NCBI RefSeq assembly: GCF_963921235.1
Contig: NC_086108.1
Coordinates: 83,082,001 to 83,146,000 of the forward strand
Reading direction: 5' to 3'
Source: Mobula hypostoma
Lineage: Eukaryota
DNA length: 64,000 nucleotides
The notes under the pieces were generated by a model. That model searched no databases. It was not told where the DNA came from and was given only the letters and a program-made list of their open reading frames with translations. Made by a program: the position numbers and the translations under genes. How positions within the stretch are numbered: position 1 is the stretch's first letter; every line of letters begins with the position of its first letter. Shown here piece by piece: positions 63,731-64,000 of the stretch.

Positions 63731-63802
63731 CTTCTCTTGCATAACTGACAGACGCCAGCTCTGGATTATAGTTGGTTTGCTGTGGATGGACTCTCATGTT
63801 TC
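63731..63802 (-). CDS. Candidate internal coding exon, 72 nt (NMRVHPQQTNYNPELASVSYARE)
   Basis: Acceptor gttcctttcttattgtag|, donor AAG|gtgatt; open in phase 1, matching the next exon. Confidence 0.45.
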
Positions 63803-64000
63803 CTACAATAAGAAAGGAACGTTACAATGTTACAAGTTCCACTCATTGCTTTTCATTACAGAAGAGGTATTTTGAACTTCTTGCATCATGTAACCAAACA
63901 GATAAGACTCCAGAATGTAATTTAAAACTCAGGGATTATATTCTGAAAGTGAACGTGCCTTTTGAAAAGTGATCACAAATCATTCTTGTAGCTATACCCA

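Noticed and set aside
1..64000. Prokaryotic systems (CRISPR array, retron, operon), rRNA or tRNA genes
   Set aside because: No repeat-spacer arrays, gene-dense operons or cloverleaf structures seen; all RTs belong to eukaryotic retrotransposon clades

Overview
Eukaryotic, repeat-dominated DNA. The repeat mix (CR1, L1, RTE, Rex1-like and R4/Dong-like LINEs, Penelope-like elements, Tc1 and Tigger relics, a solo LTR) suggests a vertebrate, probably a cartilaginous fish; this is inferred from the repeats only. The main feature is a young Penelope-like retroelement (PLE) at 14484-19231. It has an uninterrupted ~1015-aa RT + GIY-YIG ORF, ~1.26-kb inverted terminal arms, a perfect 14-bp target-site duplication (TSD) and a minimal hammerhead ribozyme (HHR) in each arm. 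A ~214-bp palindromic mini-element of the same family (two back-to-back HHRs, also with a 14-bp TSD) sits in frame inside a full-length L1. About 13 HHR motifs, intact to decayed, occur across the window. Other points: a CR1 insertion that deleted part of the L1 and fused L1 ORF1 in frame to CR1 RT, several nested insertions, two RTE-derived bipartite short elements, and three frame-consistent minus-strand candidate exons of an unidentified host gene (63802 to 50639). All calls were made by eye; boundaries of old repeats are approximate.
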